64,000 bases of DNA. It comes from an uncultured Clostridia bacterium (GTDB lineage: Bacteria > Bacillota > Clostridia > Oscillospirales > CAG-272). This document shows, piece after piece, positions 48,770 through 58,913 of the stretch. A model generated the notes under the pieces. It had not been told where the DNA came from, made no database searches, and saw only the letters and a program-made list of their open reading frames with translations. The stretch lies in NCBI GenBank assembly GCA_947625805.1, contig CANQPT010000001.1:51044-115043 (forward strand), read 5' to 3'. A program made the position numbers and the translations under genes. The stretch's first letter is position 1; each line of letters opens with the position of its first letter.

Positions 48770-49927
48770 TTACAAAACTTGGTAGATTACCGCGTCAGGA
48801 AACGCCGAAACCAACCGGGCACGGCTCACGCCGTGCACGATATACGCGCCGGGCGCGATTTCTTTGCAATCGAGGCTGTCAGTGGTAAGTTGCGTGCGCA
48901 GGTAGTAGTTGCCGGGGATCGCGTCGGGATCGCACAGGTCGTTCTTTTGGCCGGGGAGAAATTGCAGTGCCTGCGGCTTTTCGGGATTGGCAAATACCTC
49001 CATAATATCCGAAACGACTGCGCTTGCCGTGGGCAGTTTTCCGGCGCCGCTTCCGTAAAACATAACGTCACCGAGAGCGTTTGCACGCACCAGTATTCCG
49101 TTGTACACTCCGTCCACCGAGTACAGCGGGTGTCCGGACGGTGCAACACAGGGAGCGACACCCATGGAAAGTCCGTTCTCTTCCCTGCGCACCCAGCCGA
49201 TCAGTTTGATCTTTGCGCCGATCCCACGCAGAATCTCGGTATCGGTCAGATCGATCTCACGGATTCCGACGCTGTTCACGTCCTCTTCCGAATAGATTTT
49301 TCCGAATGCAATGGCGGCGAGAATGCAGATCTTGCGCTTTGCGTCGACGCCGTCGACGTCAGCGGTGGGATCTTTCTCGGCAAAGCCCTTTTGCTGGGCC
49401 TCGGAAAGTGCGGATGCAAAGTCCTTGCCGTTTGCCATTTCGCCTAAAATATAGTTGGTGGTACCATTGAGAATACCGGTCACCGAGCAAATTCTGTTGC
49501 CCGCAAGAGAATCGATCATCGGTCGAATGATCGGGATCCCTCCACCCACGCTGGCCTCAAAAAGATAGCGCACGCCGTGTTCTTTGGCGGCAGCCAGCAG
49601 TTGTTTTCCGAATTTTGCCACCACCTCTTTGTTGGAGGTGACTACGCTCTTGCCCGCCTTAAGGGCGGAAAGGCTGAAATCATACGCCGGGTGCGAGCCG
49701 CCCATGGTTTCTGCCACGAGGTATACCTCCGGGTCGTTCACGATCACCGAAAAATCCTTCACCACCGCGCTCTCATACCGATCGCCGGGAAAATCCCGCA
49801 GGTCAAGAATATATTTGATCTCGATTGGCTCGCCCAGCAGCGCTTCGATCTGCGTGCGGTTGGTGTCGATCACCTCCGCCACGCCGCTGCCTACCGTTCC
49901 GTAACCTAAAATTGCAATTTTCTTCAT
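48770..49927 (-). CDS. hom: homoserine dehydrogenase
   Basis: N-terminal Rossmann fold (ILGYGTVGSG) and a catalytic region (NGTTNYIL, EADP-like). 385 aa. Confidence 0.85.
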   Translation of the reverse strand: MKKIAILGYGTVGSGVAEVIDTNRTQIEALLGEPIEIKYILDLRDFPGDRYESAVVKDFSVIVNDPEVYLVAETMGGSHPAYDFSLSALKAGKSVVTSNKEVVAKFGKQLLAAAKEHGVRYLFEASVGGGIPIIRPMIDSLAGNRICSVTGILNGTTNYILGEMANGKDFASALSEAQQKGFAEKDPTADVDGVDAKRKICILAAIAFGKIYSEEDVNSVGIREIDLTDTEILRGIGAKIKLIGWVRREENGLSMGVAPCVAPSGHPLYSVDGVYNGILVRANALGDVMFYGSGAGKLPTASAVVSDIMEVFANPEKPQALQFLPGQKNDLCDPDAIPGNYYLRTQLTTDSLDCKEIAPGAYIVHGVSRARLVSAFPDAVIYQVL

Positions 49928-51084
49928 GCCTCAACCTCATAATATATTTCAAGATATAGAAAACTTCGATTGTCCGAAAGCGGGTGATCGCGGTAAGCGT
50001 CCACGAAATGGTATTTCCCCTCGGAATTGATGCGCTCAACCGCCCGGGTGTAAGCCGCCCGCAGGTCGCTCAGGCCGTCCGCATAATCAATGCTGAACTC
50101 AAAATACTGCATTCCGGCCTCCGCCGCCGTATTCATGCACTGATAAAGAATCTCGTCAAGCGTTTCCACGTCGGTCGCGCTACGTCCGAGCGCCCGGTAG
50201 TAGTGGGTGGTATCCTCGCAAAGAGGCAAAAGCTCGGGCGATGCGATGGTGTGACTGATCGAGATGGCGTCAGCGCTCAGATTGAAATAGCCGTGAAAAA
50301 CCATATCGGGCGTGTCCGCATCGTCCCATGTGACGTCCACGTGATAGAACTGATCGTTTATATAGACCAGATTCCACATATGCTGCAGATCTCCCGCAAG
50401 TCCGCTGACCGTCGAACAGAACAGCCCTGCGCGATTCATGAGCAGTTTGAAAGCCAGCGCATATCCGTCGCAATACGCTTCTCCCCGGCAGAGTGCACCG
50501 TAGGCGGTGTTGGATAGATAGTTTTCCCCGTTCACGCCGGTAAGATAGGTGCAGTTTTGCACCAAATAGTCGTGCAGATAGAGTTCTTTTTCAAAATCCT
50601 CTTCCGTGCCCCGCAGTTGTTCCATCACCGTGTCTGCCATCCGATCCAGTTCTTCTCGCATGGCGCGCACGGTTTGCTCGTTTTCGTAATAGACCAAACG
50701 CACCTTGGTATGGGTTTCGCTGACATAGGACTCAATACTGTTGTAGTCCACGAAAAAATACTGGGGATTGTCGGAGATCAAACATTGCACTACGTGGCTG
50801 AAGTCGGCCGATGTAAAGACACACCGTATCTCATCGGTATATTCGGCGTATGAGTCGATGGCGTCGGTCAGCGCATCGTATAAAAACTGCTCCTTGCGGG
50901 AAAGGGTGTTGTAATAGAGTTTATTTTCCTTGCGGATCGGCTGGGCTTCTGTTAAGTCCGCATAGCCGAACGAAGGAACAAAGCGGATGAGCGCAAGCAC
51001 GAACAGCACGGCAAAAAACAGGACAAACGCCGCGACCTTAAACGCCTCTGCGTGCTTTTTCACAAACTGAATCATACGATCCAT
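49924..51084 (-). CDS. transglutaminase-like domain protein, membrane anchored
   Basis: N-terminal TM plus the Cys-His-Asp core context (GEAYCDGYALAF...HMWNLV...HVDVTWDD). Confidence 0.7.
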   Translation of the reverse strand: MDRMIQFVKKHAEAFKVAAFVLFFAVLFVLALIRFVPSFGYADLTEAQPIRKENKLYYNTLSRKEQFLYDALTDAIDSYAEYTDEIRCVFTSADFSHVVQCLISDNPQYFFVDYNSIESYVSETHTKVRLVYYENEQTVRAMREELDRMADTVMEQLRGTEEDFEKELYLHDYLVQNCTYLTGVNGENYLSNTAYGALCRGEAYCDGYALAFKLLMNRAGLFCSTVSGLAGDLQHMWNLVYINDQFYHVDVTWDDADTPDMVFHGYFNLSADAISISHTIASPELLPLCEDTTHYYRALGRSATDVETLDEILYQCMNTAAEAGMQYFEFSIDYADGLSDLRAAYTRAVERINSEGKYHFVDAYRDHPLSDNRSFLYLEIYYEVEA

Positions 51085-51140
51085 CTCCCAACTATTTCTA
51101 CTATTATACTATATCAATTTGTCTTTTTCAAGAATTACGG

Positions 51141-51169
51141 TTGAAAAATACACATTTCTATATTATAAT
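51141..51169 (+). promoter_or_regulatory. sigma-A promoter, TTGAAA-17 nt-TATAAT
   Basis: -35 at 51141-51146 and -10 at 51164-51169, upstream of the DUF1385 gene. Confidence 0.6.
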
Positions 51170-51188
51170 AATGCTGTGGAGGATAGCA

Positions 51189-52130
51189 ATGAAAAACAAA
51201 AAGACAAGTATCGGCGGGCAAGCGCTGATCGAGGGAATCATGATGCGCGGTCCGGAAAAGACCGCCATGGCCGTGCGAAACCCGCAGGGCGAGATCGTAC
51301 TCGAATGCGAGCCAACCGCCAAAAAACCCGTGCCCGGCTTGTTCAAACTGCCGCTGGTACGCGGCGTATATAATATGATCGTCACGTTCAAAGCAGGATA
51401 TAAGTATCTCATGCGCTCGGCCGAGATCTCCGGCTTTGAAACCGAGCAAGAAAAGACCGATGCCGAAAAGAAAAGCGAAAAGACGCTGATGGGCGTACTG
51501 ATGGTGGTCGCAAGCGTGCTGGGCGTGTTGCTCGCTTTGGGTCTATTCATCTATCTTCCGGTCAAACTGTTCGAGTGGCTGCGATTGATCCTTCCCATTC
51601 CGGACAGCCGGGTGATCAAGAGCGTCTTTGAGGGCGTAATCAAAATCATGATCTTTGTGGGATATATGGCCGGTATGCGCCTGATGAAGGACATCCGCCG
51701 GACCTTCATGTACCACGGCGCCGAGCACAAGACCATCTTCTGCTACGAGGCGGGCAAACAACTGACCGTGGAAAACGTCCGGGAGCAAAGAAAATACCAC
51801 CCCCGCTGCGGCACGTCCTTTATGATCTTGATTCTGCTGGTGAGCATCCTTCTCTCCATGTTGATCCCAAGCACCGTCTTCGGTGTGGAAATTCACGGAC
51901 TTTTGCGGACGCTGATCAAACTGCTGGTGCTTCCCGTTACGGTGGGCATCGGCTACGAACTGATCAAATTCGCCGGACGGCACGACAATCTTCTGACCCG
52001 TATCATCTCTTATCCGGGAATACTTTTACAGCATATCTCGGTCATGGAGCCGACCGATGATATGATTGAATGCGCGATCGCCGCGATGGAAAAGGTCATT
52101 CCGGAGGATAGGGAAAAGGACAACTGGTAA
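51189..52130 (+). CDS. DUF1385 domain-containing membrane protein (YqhQ-like)
   Basis: SIGGQALIEGIMMRGP N-terminus, plus GAEHK and HPRCGTSF motifs. A GGAGGA RBS is present. Confidence 0.75.
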   Translation: MKNKKTSIGGQALIEGIMMRGPEKTAMAVRNPQGEIVLECEPTAKKPVPGLFKLPLVRGVYNMIVTFKAGYKYLMRSAEISGFETEQEKTDAEKKSEKTLMGVLMVVASVLGVLLALGLFIYLPVKLFEWLRLILPIPDSRVIKSVFEGVIKIMIFVGYMAGMRLMKDIRRTFMYHGAEHKTIFCYEAGKQLTVENVREQRKYHPRCGTSFMILILLVSILLSMLIPSTVFGVEIHGLLRTLIKLLVLPVTVGIGYELIKFAGRHDNLLTRIISYPGILLQHISVMEPTDDMIECAIAAMEKVIPEDREKDNW

Positions 52131-52138
52131 CAAAGGCC

Positions 52139-52825
52139 ATGAAAAAAAGGAACCTTGCGTTCGGCGCGGGTATCCTCCTGTGCATCGGGCTTGCGGCGGC
52201 AAGATACTGCAATCTTCTCCCGCGCAGGTCTTATACCGCGCAGGATTTCGGCATCGAGACGGTGCACAGCCCGGTCGATTGGAATGAAAACGGCGCGGAC
52301 GACTACGCCGACTTTTTGACCGGCGCACGCAAAGACGCGCAAAATCACCCAAAGTACGACGGTTCGTACTATGAGGGTGGATTTCCGCCGGACGGGATCG
52401 GCGTATGCTCGGACGTGGTGTGGCGTGCGTTTCGCGAGGCGGGCTATAATCTGCGGGAGATGATCGACCGCGATATTGCCGCCCGACCGGAAGCCTATCC
52501 CGGGGTGGAAAAACGGGACAGTAACATTGACTTCCGACGGGTCGTGAATTTACGGGTGTTTTTTGACACGTACGCGATCCCGCTCACCAACGACACAAGC
52601 GAAATTGCGCAGTGGCAACCGGGTGACGTCGTCATTTTCGGCCAAGACAAGCACATCGGCATTGTGTCCGACAAACGAAACCGCGCGGGACAGCCGTACG
52701 TCATTCACAACGGAGGACAGCACAACCGCGAGGAAGATTATTTGAATCGGGGAGAGGTCACAGGGCATTATCGCTTTGACGCTTCCCTGACGGATGAATC
52801 GGTTTTGATCCGATGGGAAGGATAA
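52139..52825 (+). CDS. DUF1287 domain-containing protein
   Basis: Signal/TM N-terminus, with GVCSDVVWRAFREAGYNL and GDVVIF...HIGIVSD motifs. Confidence 0.65.
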   Translation: MKKRNLAFGAGILLCIGLAAARYCNLLPRRSYTAQDFGIETVHSPVDWNENGADDYADFLTGARKDAQNHPKYDGSYYEGGFPPDGIGVCSDVVWRAFREAGYNLREMIDRDIAARPEAYPGVEKRDSNIDFRRVVNLRVFFDTYAIPLTNDTSEIAQWQPGDVVIFGQDKHIGIVSDKRNRAGQPYVIHNGGQHNREEDYLNRGEVTGHYRFDASLTDESVLIRWEG

Positions 52826-52832
52826 AAAAATC

Positions 52833-52882
52833 GATCCGGTAAGCAAGCCCCCTTTTGGGGACGTTCCTACCGGATCTTTTTT
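52833..52882. terminator. bidirectional terminator
   Basis: gatccggta ... taccggatc outer stem with an inner ccccttttgggg stem, flanked by A7 on the left and T6 on the right. Confidence 0.7.
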
Positions 52883-52902
52883 GGATTTTTCTCATCTCCG
52901 GC

Positions 52903-54036
52903 TCATTCCGCCCGTGCGCCTAAGATGGGCAGATATTTGCGGTAAAATTCGGTGTATTCGTGCGCGTCCAGCGCGTCGCGGATCTTCTGCATGAGCTGGT
53001 TGTAAAAATAGAGATTGTGCAAAACCGCAAGGCGCATTCCGAGGGTTTCCTTTGCCTTGAAGAGATGGCGGATATACGCCCGGGAATAGTGCCTGCAGGC
53101 GGGACAGGCGCAATCGGGGTCGATCGGCTGGTCGTCGCACAGATATTTCTCGTTGAGCAGGTTCATTTTTCCCTTCCATGTAAAGAGATTGCCGTGGCGG
53201 GCGTTGCGGGAGGGCATGACGCAGTCAAAGAAATCGACTCCGCGATAAACCCCCTCCAAAAGATTGACCGGCGTGCCGACGCCCATCAGATAGCGCGGCT
53301 TGTCGGCGGGCATATACGGCTCTACCGCCTCGATCACCCGGTACATCTCCTCGGCGCTTTCCCCCACCGCAAGGCCCCCGATCGCATATCCGTCCAGTTC
53401 CAGTTCTGCAATGCGCTGCATATTCTCGATGCGCAGGTCTATATAGGTACTGCCCTGATTGATGCCGAATAACAACTGATGGGGATTGACCGTGTCCGGC
53501 AGCGCATTTAAGCGCGCCATTTCTGCCTTGCAGCGTACAAGCCAACGCACCGTGCGCTCGCAGGAATCCTTGGCATAGTGATATTCGGCGGGATTTTCCA
53601 CACACTCGTCAAAGGCCATTGCAATGGTAGAGGCAATGTTGGACTGAATCCGCATGGACTGCTCGGGGCCCATGAAGATCTTTTTGCCGTCCACGTGAGA
53701 GGAAAAATACACTCCCTCCTCCTTGATCTTACGCAGTTTGGCAAGCGAGAATACCTGAAATCCACCGCTGTCGGTGAGCACCGGGCGATCCCAGTTGAAA
53801 AACTTGTGAATACCGCCCATCGCGCAGATAATCTCGTCCCCCGGACGAATGTGCAGATGATAGGTGTTGGAAAGTTCCACCTGACAGCCGATCTCTTTCA
53901 GATCCTGCGTAGACACCCCGCCTTTGATGGCAGCGCAGGTGCCGACGTTCATAAACACCGGGGTCTGCACCGTGCCGTGCACGGTGGTAAAAGCGCCCCG
54001 TCGGGCGTTCCCCTCTCGGGTGATCAGTTCAAACAT
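52903..54036 (-). CDS. tgt: tRNA-guanine transglycosylase
   Basis: MFELI..EG.AR.G...T.HG..TP.FM N-terminus, TDSGGFQ, and the Zn site CACPACRHYSRAYIRHL. The ORF-track N-terminal 93 aa overlap mutL and were trimmed. Confidence 0.93.
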   Translation of the reverse strand: MFELITREGNARRGAFTTVHGTVQTPVFMNVGTCAAIKGGVSTQDLKEIGCQVELSNTYHLHIRPGDEIICAMGGIHKFFNWDRPVLTDSGGFQVFSLAKLRKIKEEGVYFSSHVDGKKIFMGPEQSMRIQSNIASTIAMAFDECVENPAEYHYAKDSCERTVRWLVRCKAEMARLNALPDTVNPHQLLFGINQGSTYIDLRIENMQRIAELELDGYAIGGLAVGESAEEMYRVIEAVEPYMPADKPRYLMGVGTPVNLLEGVYRGVDFFDCVMPSRNARHGNLFTWKGKMNLLNEKYLCDDQPIDPDCACPACRHYSRAYIRHLFKAKETLGMRLAVLHNLYFYNQLMQKIRDALDAHEYTEFYRKYLPILGARAE

Positions 54037-54037
54037 A

Positions 54038-55939
54038 TTATATCCTTTTGAATTGTTTTGCCAGCTCGTATTTGGTAATCTCAAAGGCAACCGGACGACC
54101 GTGCGGGCAATATTTGATATTGGGTAATACCAAGAGGCGGTCGCAGATCCAGCGCAAGTAGCTTTGATCGTACACACGTCCCGCCTTGATCGCCGCTTTG
54201 CAGGAAGCCTGATAGAGCGCCTTTTCGTACAGCATTTCCCGGGAAACGCCCACCGTTGTCGCACTGTCGGCAAGCAGTCCGGCAAGCGATTGTAAGAAGG
54301 CGGCAATGTCCTCACCTTCGATAATCATGGGCACACAAGAGATCGACGCAGTCATGGTTTGTTCGTTCAAAGTAAGTTCCAGACCGGTTTTGCGCACGTC
54401 GTCCGCATACTCCGAGAGCGCGTCAAAGGCAAGCGAATCGAGCGGAATCTCAATCGGCGTAAGCAATACCTGCGACTCGATCTTGCTCTTTTGCATATTG
54501 CGCTTCATTTCTTCAAACAAAATCCGCTCGTGCGCGGCGTGCTTGTCGATGAAAATGAGTTTATCCCCCAACTCGACAATGATGTAGGAATAGAACGCTT
54601 CACCGATCAATTTGTAATCGGGCAGCGGTAACAGCGCGTCATCCACGTTATCCGCTTTACGCGGCAGGTCGAGCTTATCCCAGGAAAAATCCTCCGGCGG
54701 CGGGGGCGGCAGTTCCTCTTGTAGCGCCGACGGCTGCATAAGATTGAGCGGGACGTACCGTTCAGCCGGCCGCGGCCCGGGCGGAGGCGGCAGTTCCTCC
54801 TCACGCACTTCCACCGATTTTTCTTCGGGCAACTGCAATTCGTTCATGGTCACCTGTGCACGCTCAAGGCTCTTATGCGTATCGCTGACCGGTGCAAATG
54901 CGTTGATGGCCTGTATGGTTTGCCGACCAATCGGCATCTGCGGCCGCTGGACGTTTTTGGATAGAGTCGAGCGGGTCGCATAGTAGATGATATCAAAAAT
55001 CATCTTTTCGTTTGCGAACTTGACCTCTAACTTGGAGGGATGCACGTTGACGTCCACCAAGCGCGGATTGAGGGTAAGATTGATCACACAGCTCGGATGG
55101 CGCTCGGAAGGGATATAGGAATCAAAGGCCTGCCTGATGGCGGCATAGGCGGTCTTGCTTTTGACAAACCGCCCGTTGATGAAAAAGAGTTGTAAATTGC
55201 TGTTGCCGCGCGTGTTCTCAGGCGAACCGATATAGCCCGATAGTTCCAGCAGATCTTCTTTTGCCGAGACGGGAATGGTCTTTCCCGCGAAATCGCGGCC
55301 AAGCACCGCATAGATGGCATCGAGCAGCTTTCCGGTGCCGGGGGTGGCAAACTTTATGCTTCCGTCGCTGATATAACGAAATCCGATATCCGGCCTGGAG
55401 AGAGCCATGCGCTCCATGACCGCCGTCACAAACACTCCCTCGGACGCGTCTTTTTTTAAGAATTTTCTGCGGGCGGGTGTATTGAAAAAGAGCGATTCAA
55501 CGATAATGGTCGTACCATTCTGACAGCCTGCCTCGGACAATTCGATAATATCCGGACCCTCGCATTCCAATACCGTGCCCATCGCCTTTGCCGCCTGTTT
55601 GGTGAGAATGCGCATTTTGGACACCGACGAAATGGCCGCCAGTGCCTCTCCGCGAAAGCCGAGGGTGGCTATGCCGTCGAGATCAGCCGCTTTCTGTATT
55701 TTACTGGTGGCGTGGCGTTTGATACACTCGGGAACGTCCTCCGGCGCCATACCCACGCCGTTGTCGGTCACCCGTATGAAAGAAATGCCGCCCTTGCGGA
55801 TCTCCACCGTGACCGAGGTCGCCCCTGCATCGATCGCGTTTTCCACCAACTCCTTGACCACAGAGCCGGGCCGGTCCACCACCTCGCCCGCAGCGATCAG
55901 ATTGGCTATATGTCCGTCTAAAACATGGATCGATCCCAT
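54038..55939 (-). CDS. mutL: DNA mismatch repair protein MutL
   Basis: GHKL ATPase motifs (VVKELVENAIDAG, DNG.GM), a proline-rich linker, and a C-terminal dimerisation domain. Confidence 0.93.
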   Translation of the reverse strand: MGSIHVLDGHIANLIAAGEVVDRPGSVVKELVENAIDAGATSVTVEIRKGGISFIRVTDNGVGMAPEDVPECIKRHATSKIQKAADLDGIATLGFRGEALAAISSVSKMRILTKQAAKAMGTVLECEGPDIIELSEAGCQNGTTIIVESLFFNTPARRKFLKKDASEGVFVTAVMERMALSRPDIGFRYISDGSIKFATPGTGKLLDAIYAVLGRDFAGKTIPVSAKEDLLELSGYIGSPENTRGNSNLQLFFINGRFVKSKTAYAAIRQAFDSYIPSERHPSCVINLTLNPRLVDVNVHPSKLEVKFANEKMIFDIIYYATRSTLSKNVQRPQMPIGRQTIQAINAFAPVSDTHKSLERAQVTMNELQLPEEKSVEVREEELPPPPGPRPAERYVPLNLMQPSALQEELPPPPPEDFSWDKLDLPRKADNVDDALLPLPDYKLIGEAFYSYIIVELGDKLIFIDKHAAHERILFEEMKRNMQKSKIESQVLLTPIEIPLDSLAFDALSEYADDVRKTGLELTLNEQTMTASISCVPMIIEGEDIAAFLQSLAGLLADSATTVGVSREMLYEKALYQASCKAAIKAGRVYDQSYLRWICDRLLVLPNIKYCPHGRPVAFEITKYELAKQFKRI

Positions 55940-55947
55940 ACTTCCTC

Positions 55948-58524
55948 CTAATCCAGAAGTTTCTTGAGTTCGTAGATGAAATTCAACGCCTCGATGGGGG
56001 TCAAGGTCTCCGGCTGGGTACGTTCAAGCCGTGCTTTGACCTCCTGCAAGCGATAGTCGTCAAAAGTCACGTTATCCTGCTGCACAGGCGCGCTCACACG
56101 CACGGAGGCAGGCCGCCCCGAAAGCAACTGCTCGAGCACCCCTTTGGCGCGTTTGATGACCGGTGCGGGCACACCTGCCAATTTGGCCACCTCGATGCCG
56201 TAACTGTCGTCGGTCGCACCTCGCACGATCTTGCGCAAGAATAAAATATCGTCCTGCTTTTTCTTGGCGGCGATGTGGTAGTTTACAATGCCGTTCGTGC
56301 CGTCCTCAAGATCGGTTAATTCGTGATAATGGGTTGCAAACAGGGTTTTCGCGCCCACCTTGCCTGCCGTGTATTCCGCGACTGCCCGGGCGATGCTCAT
56401 ACCGTCATAGGTGGAAGTACCGCGTCCGATCTCATCGTAAAGAATGAGCGAGCGCTTGGTCGCGTTTTTCAGAATGTATGCCACCTCGTTCATTTCCAGC
56501 ATAAAGGTAGACTGCCCCGAGGCTAAGTCGTCCGACGCGCCCACACGGGTAAACAGTTTGTCCACCACACCGATGCGTGCGCTTGACGCGGGCACGAACG
56601 AACCAATCTGCGCCATGATACAGATGATCGCGCACTGACGCATATAGGTGGATTTACCCGCCATATTCGGCCCGGTGATCAGGTAAAGGCGGTTGTTTCC
56701 GGTATCGAGACGGGTGTCGTTCGGCACGAACATACTGTCTTTAGCAAACCGCTCGACCACCGGGTGTCTGCCGTCCCGGATCTCGATCACATCGCTTGTA
56801 TCCACCTCCGGACGGGAATAGGAATTTTTGAAGGCCACCTCGGCAAGCGAACAGTATGCGTCGAGTTCCGCCAGCGCGGCCCCCGCGCGCTGGATGCGCT
56901 CCCGCTCGGCACTCACCCGCTCGACCAACTCGCAAAACAGCTCGTATTCTAACTTCCCGTCCTTGTCGGACGCGCCGAGAATAGTCGCCTCGAAGTTTTT
57001 GAGTTCGTCTGTGATAAAGCGCTCGCTGTTGACCAGCGTCTGCTTGCGGATATAGGTATCCGGCACGGCGTCCAGAGCAGACTTGGTCACCTCGATATAG
57101 TAGCCGAACACCTTGTTGTAACTGACTTTGAGTTTGGAGATGCCGGTCGCCCGACGTTCGCGGGCTTCAATATCCGCAATATAATCTTTTCCGTGCTGCA
57201 AAAGGTCCACTAACTCGTCCACTTGGGCATTGTAGCCGGGGCGGATCATGCCGCCCTCCCGTACCGAAAAAGGCGGCTCGTCCACCAGAGCCTGATCGAT
57301 CATGGCGACAACGTCCCCGGTATCGCCAAGACCCGCAAGCACGCCTTGCAGTGCACAGGACGCGCACGGCTCGATCAACGCCTTGATCTGCGGAATGATC
57401 GACAAGGTGGCGCAAATGGCGCGAAGATCCTTTGCGTTTGCCGATCCGTAAGCCAGTTTGGTCAATAAGCGCTCCAGATCCCGCACGTTCTTCATATGAT
57501 CGGAAATCTCGCCCCTTAGAACGAGATTTTCGTATAATTCCTCTACTGCGTCCAGGCGGGCGTTGATTTCGTTGGTATCCACCAGCGGCAGTTCCACCCA
57601 TTTGTGCAGAGTGCGTGCCCCCATGGCACTGTGGGTCTTATCAAGCACCCACAAGAGTGAGCCGCGGGTCTCCCTTGTGCGCATGGTCTCGGTCAGTTCC
57701 AGCGACCGTCTAGTGTTCATATCGATCTCTAAATACTGCTTGTCCGAGTAAACGCTCAGATTTTTGATATAGGAAATCCGCGTGCGCTGATTTTCTGAGA
57801 TATAACCGAGCATGGCGCCCACCGAGCGGGTCAAGACGGGAAATTGCAGTCCCATCTCCTCCGGGCTTTTTGCAAACTGCCGACGAATGGCTTCCTCGGC
57901 CTCGGGCAGAGCAAAGCGCTCCCCTGCCTCGTCGTTTACCATGCAGGCCGGACGGGAAAAGAAGTAATCGTACAGACCGCCGTTTTCCCGCTTGGAGATA
58001 TTGAGCACCACCTCGGAGGGTGAATAGACCGACAGTTCATTGAGCAATTTCTGCGTAAGAGAATCGCCGTCCAACCGGGTGGTATACAAGTCTCCCGTGG
58101 ACACGTCTGCGACCGTTAATCCTACCTCGGTATCCTCAATGCAGATACAGGCGATATAGTTGTTCTGATTTTCGGTGAGCATGGCGTCGTCGGTGACCGT
58201 GCCCGGCGTGACGATACGCACCACGTCCCGCTTGACGATCCCGTCGGCAAGCGCCGGGTCCTCCACCTGTTCGCAGATGACGATCTTATAACCCAAACGC
58301 ACTAATTTTGCGATATATGTATCCGCGCTGTGATAGGGCACGCCGCACATGGGTGCGCGGCCCTCTCCGCAGTCGCGGCTGGTCAAGGTCAAACCGATCT
58401 CCCGTGAGACGGTTTTGGCGTCCTCGAAAAACATCTCGTAAAAGTCGCCTAACCGGAAAAAGAGGATCGCATCCGAATATTCTTCCTTGACAGCAAGATA
58501 TTGCTGCATCATGGGAGTGTACAT
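55948..58524 (-). CDS. mutS: DNA mismatch repair protein MutS
   Basis: MYTPMMQQYL N-terminus, Walker A GPNMAGKST, and DEIGRGTSTYDG. Confidence 0.95.
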   Translation of the reverse strand: MYTPMMQQYLAVKEEYSDAILFFRLGDFYEMFFEDAKTVSREIGLTLTSRDCGEGRAPMCGVPYHSADTYIAKLVRLGYKIVICEQVEDPALADGIVKRDVVRIVTPGTVTDDAMLTENQNNYIACICIEDTEVGLTVADVSTGDLYTTRLDGDSLTQKLLNELSVYSPSEVVLNISKRENGGLYDYFFSRPACMVNDEAGERFALPEAEEAIRRQFAKSPEEMGLQFPVLTRSVGAMLGYISENQRTRISYIKNLSVYSDKQYLEIDMNTRRSLELTETMRTRETRGSLLWVLDKTHSAMGARTLHKWVELPLVDTNEINARLDAVEELYENLVLRGEISDHMKNVRDLERLLTKLAYGSANAKDLRAICATLSIIPQIKALIEPCASCALQGVLAGLGDTGDVVAMIDQALVDEPPFSVREGGMIRPGYNAQVDELVDLLQHGKDYIADIEARERRATGISKLKVSYNKVFGYYIEVTKSALDAVPDTYIRKQTLVNSERFITDELKNFEATILGASDKDGKLEYELFCELVERVSAERERIQRAGAALAELDAYCSLAEVAFKNSYSRPEVDTSDVIEIRDGRHPVVERFAKDSMFVPNDTRLDTGNNRLYLITGPNMAGKSTYMRQCAIICIMAQIGSFVPASSARIGVVDKLFTRVGASDDLASGQSTFMLEMNEVAYILKNATKRSLILYDEIGRGTSTYDGMSIARAVAEYTAGKVGAKTLFATHYHELTDLEDGTNGIVNYHIAAKKKQDDILFLRKIVRGATDDSYGIEVAKLAGVPAPVIKRAKGVLEQLLSGRPASVRVSAPVQQDNVTFDDYRLQEVKARLERTQPETLTPIEALNFIYELKKLLD

Positions 58525-58913
58525 TATTTGCTCCCGCACCCGGCACAACCCGAGCAATCGCCCGAACAGGAGCGCTTGCCGGTGACCTGATAGGTGATCT
58601 CGTCGTTGACCAACCGGATCAGGTCGTTATAGTCCGCCTCTGCCTGCTGATACTCGGCAAACAGCGGATGAGCGGTGATCTCATTGGTCAGTTCACGAAT
58701 GCGCTTGTCAATGGCCGCGACAAAGTCCGCGTCCTGCTCCTCTTTTGCATATTCCATGGTCAGCGCCTGCTGCTGTACGTTGTATTCGGTATACAGGCGG
58801 TTGAGTTTCTCGTCCTGCTCGTATGCGTCCTTGGCCGCAAGCAGTCTTTGGGTCATTTTGTCCTCTTTGATCCGTTTGCCCAGTTCGGCCGCCATTTTGA
58901 TGATTTCGGTCAT
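58524..58913 (-). CDS. YlbF/YmcA-family regulator with a Cys-rich C-terminal tail
   Basis: Helical YmcA-like body, in the ymcA position between miaB and mutS as in Bacillus. The tail is CSGDCSGCAGCGSK. Confidence 0.7.
   Translation of the reverse strand: MTEIIKMAAELGKRIKEDKMTQRLLAAKDAYEQDEKLNRLYTEYNVQQQALTMEYAKEEQDADFVAAIDKRIRELTNEITAHPLFAEYQQAEADYNDLIRLVNDEITYQVTGKRSCSGDCSGCAGCGSK

Noticed and set aside
52903-54315. N-terminal extensions in the ORF track (for example tgt 470 aa, divIC 162 aa, cdaR 389 aa, rpmG 91 aa, L1, groES)
   Set aside because: The extensions overlap upstream genes, have Arg/Cys/Pro-rich nonsense composition, and bypass strong internal RBS+ATG sites that give canonical N-termini. 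Coordinates were trimmed accordingly.
54695-54800. Direct repeat ggcggcagttcctc (two copies about 80 nt apart) encoding EELPPPP twice in MutL
   Set aside because: It lies in the naturally proline-rich, low-complexity MutL linker. This is a small internal duplication with no sign of wider significance.
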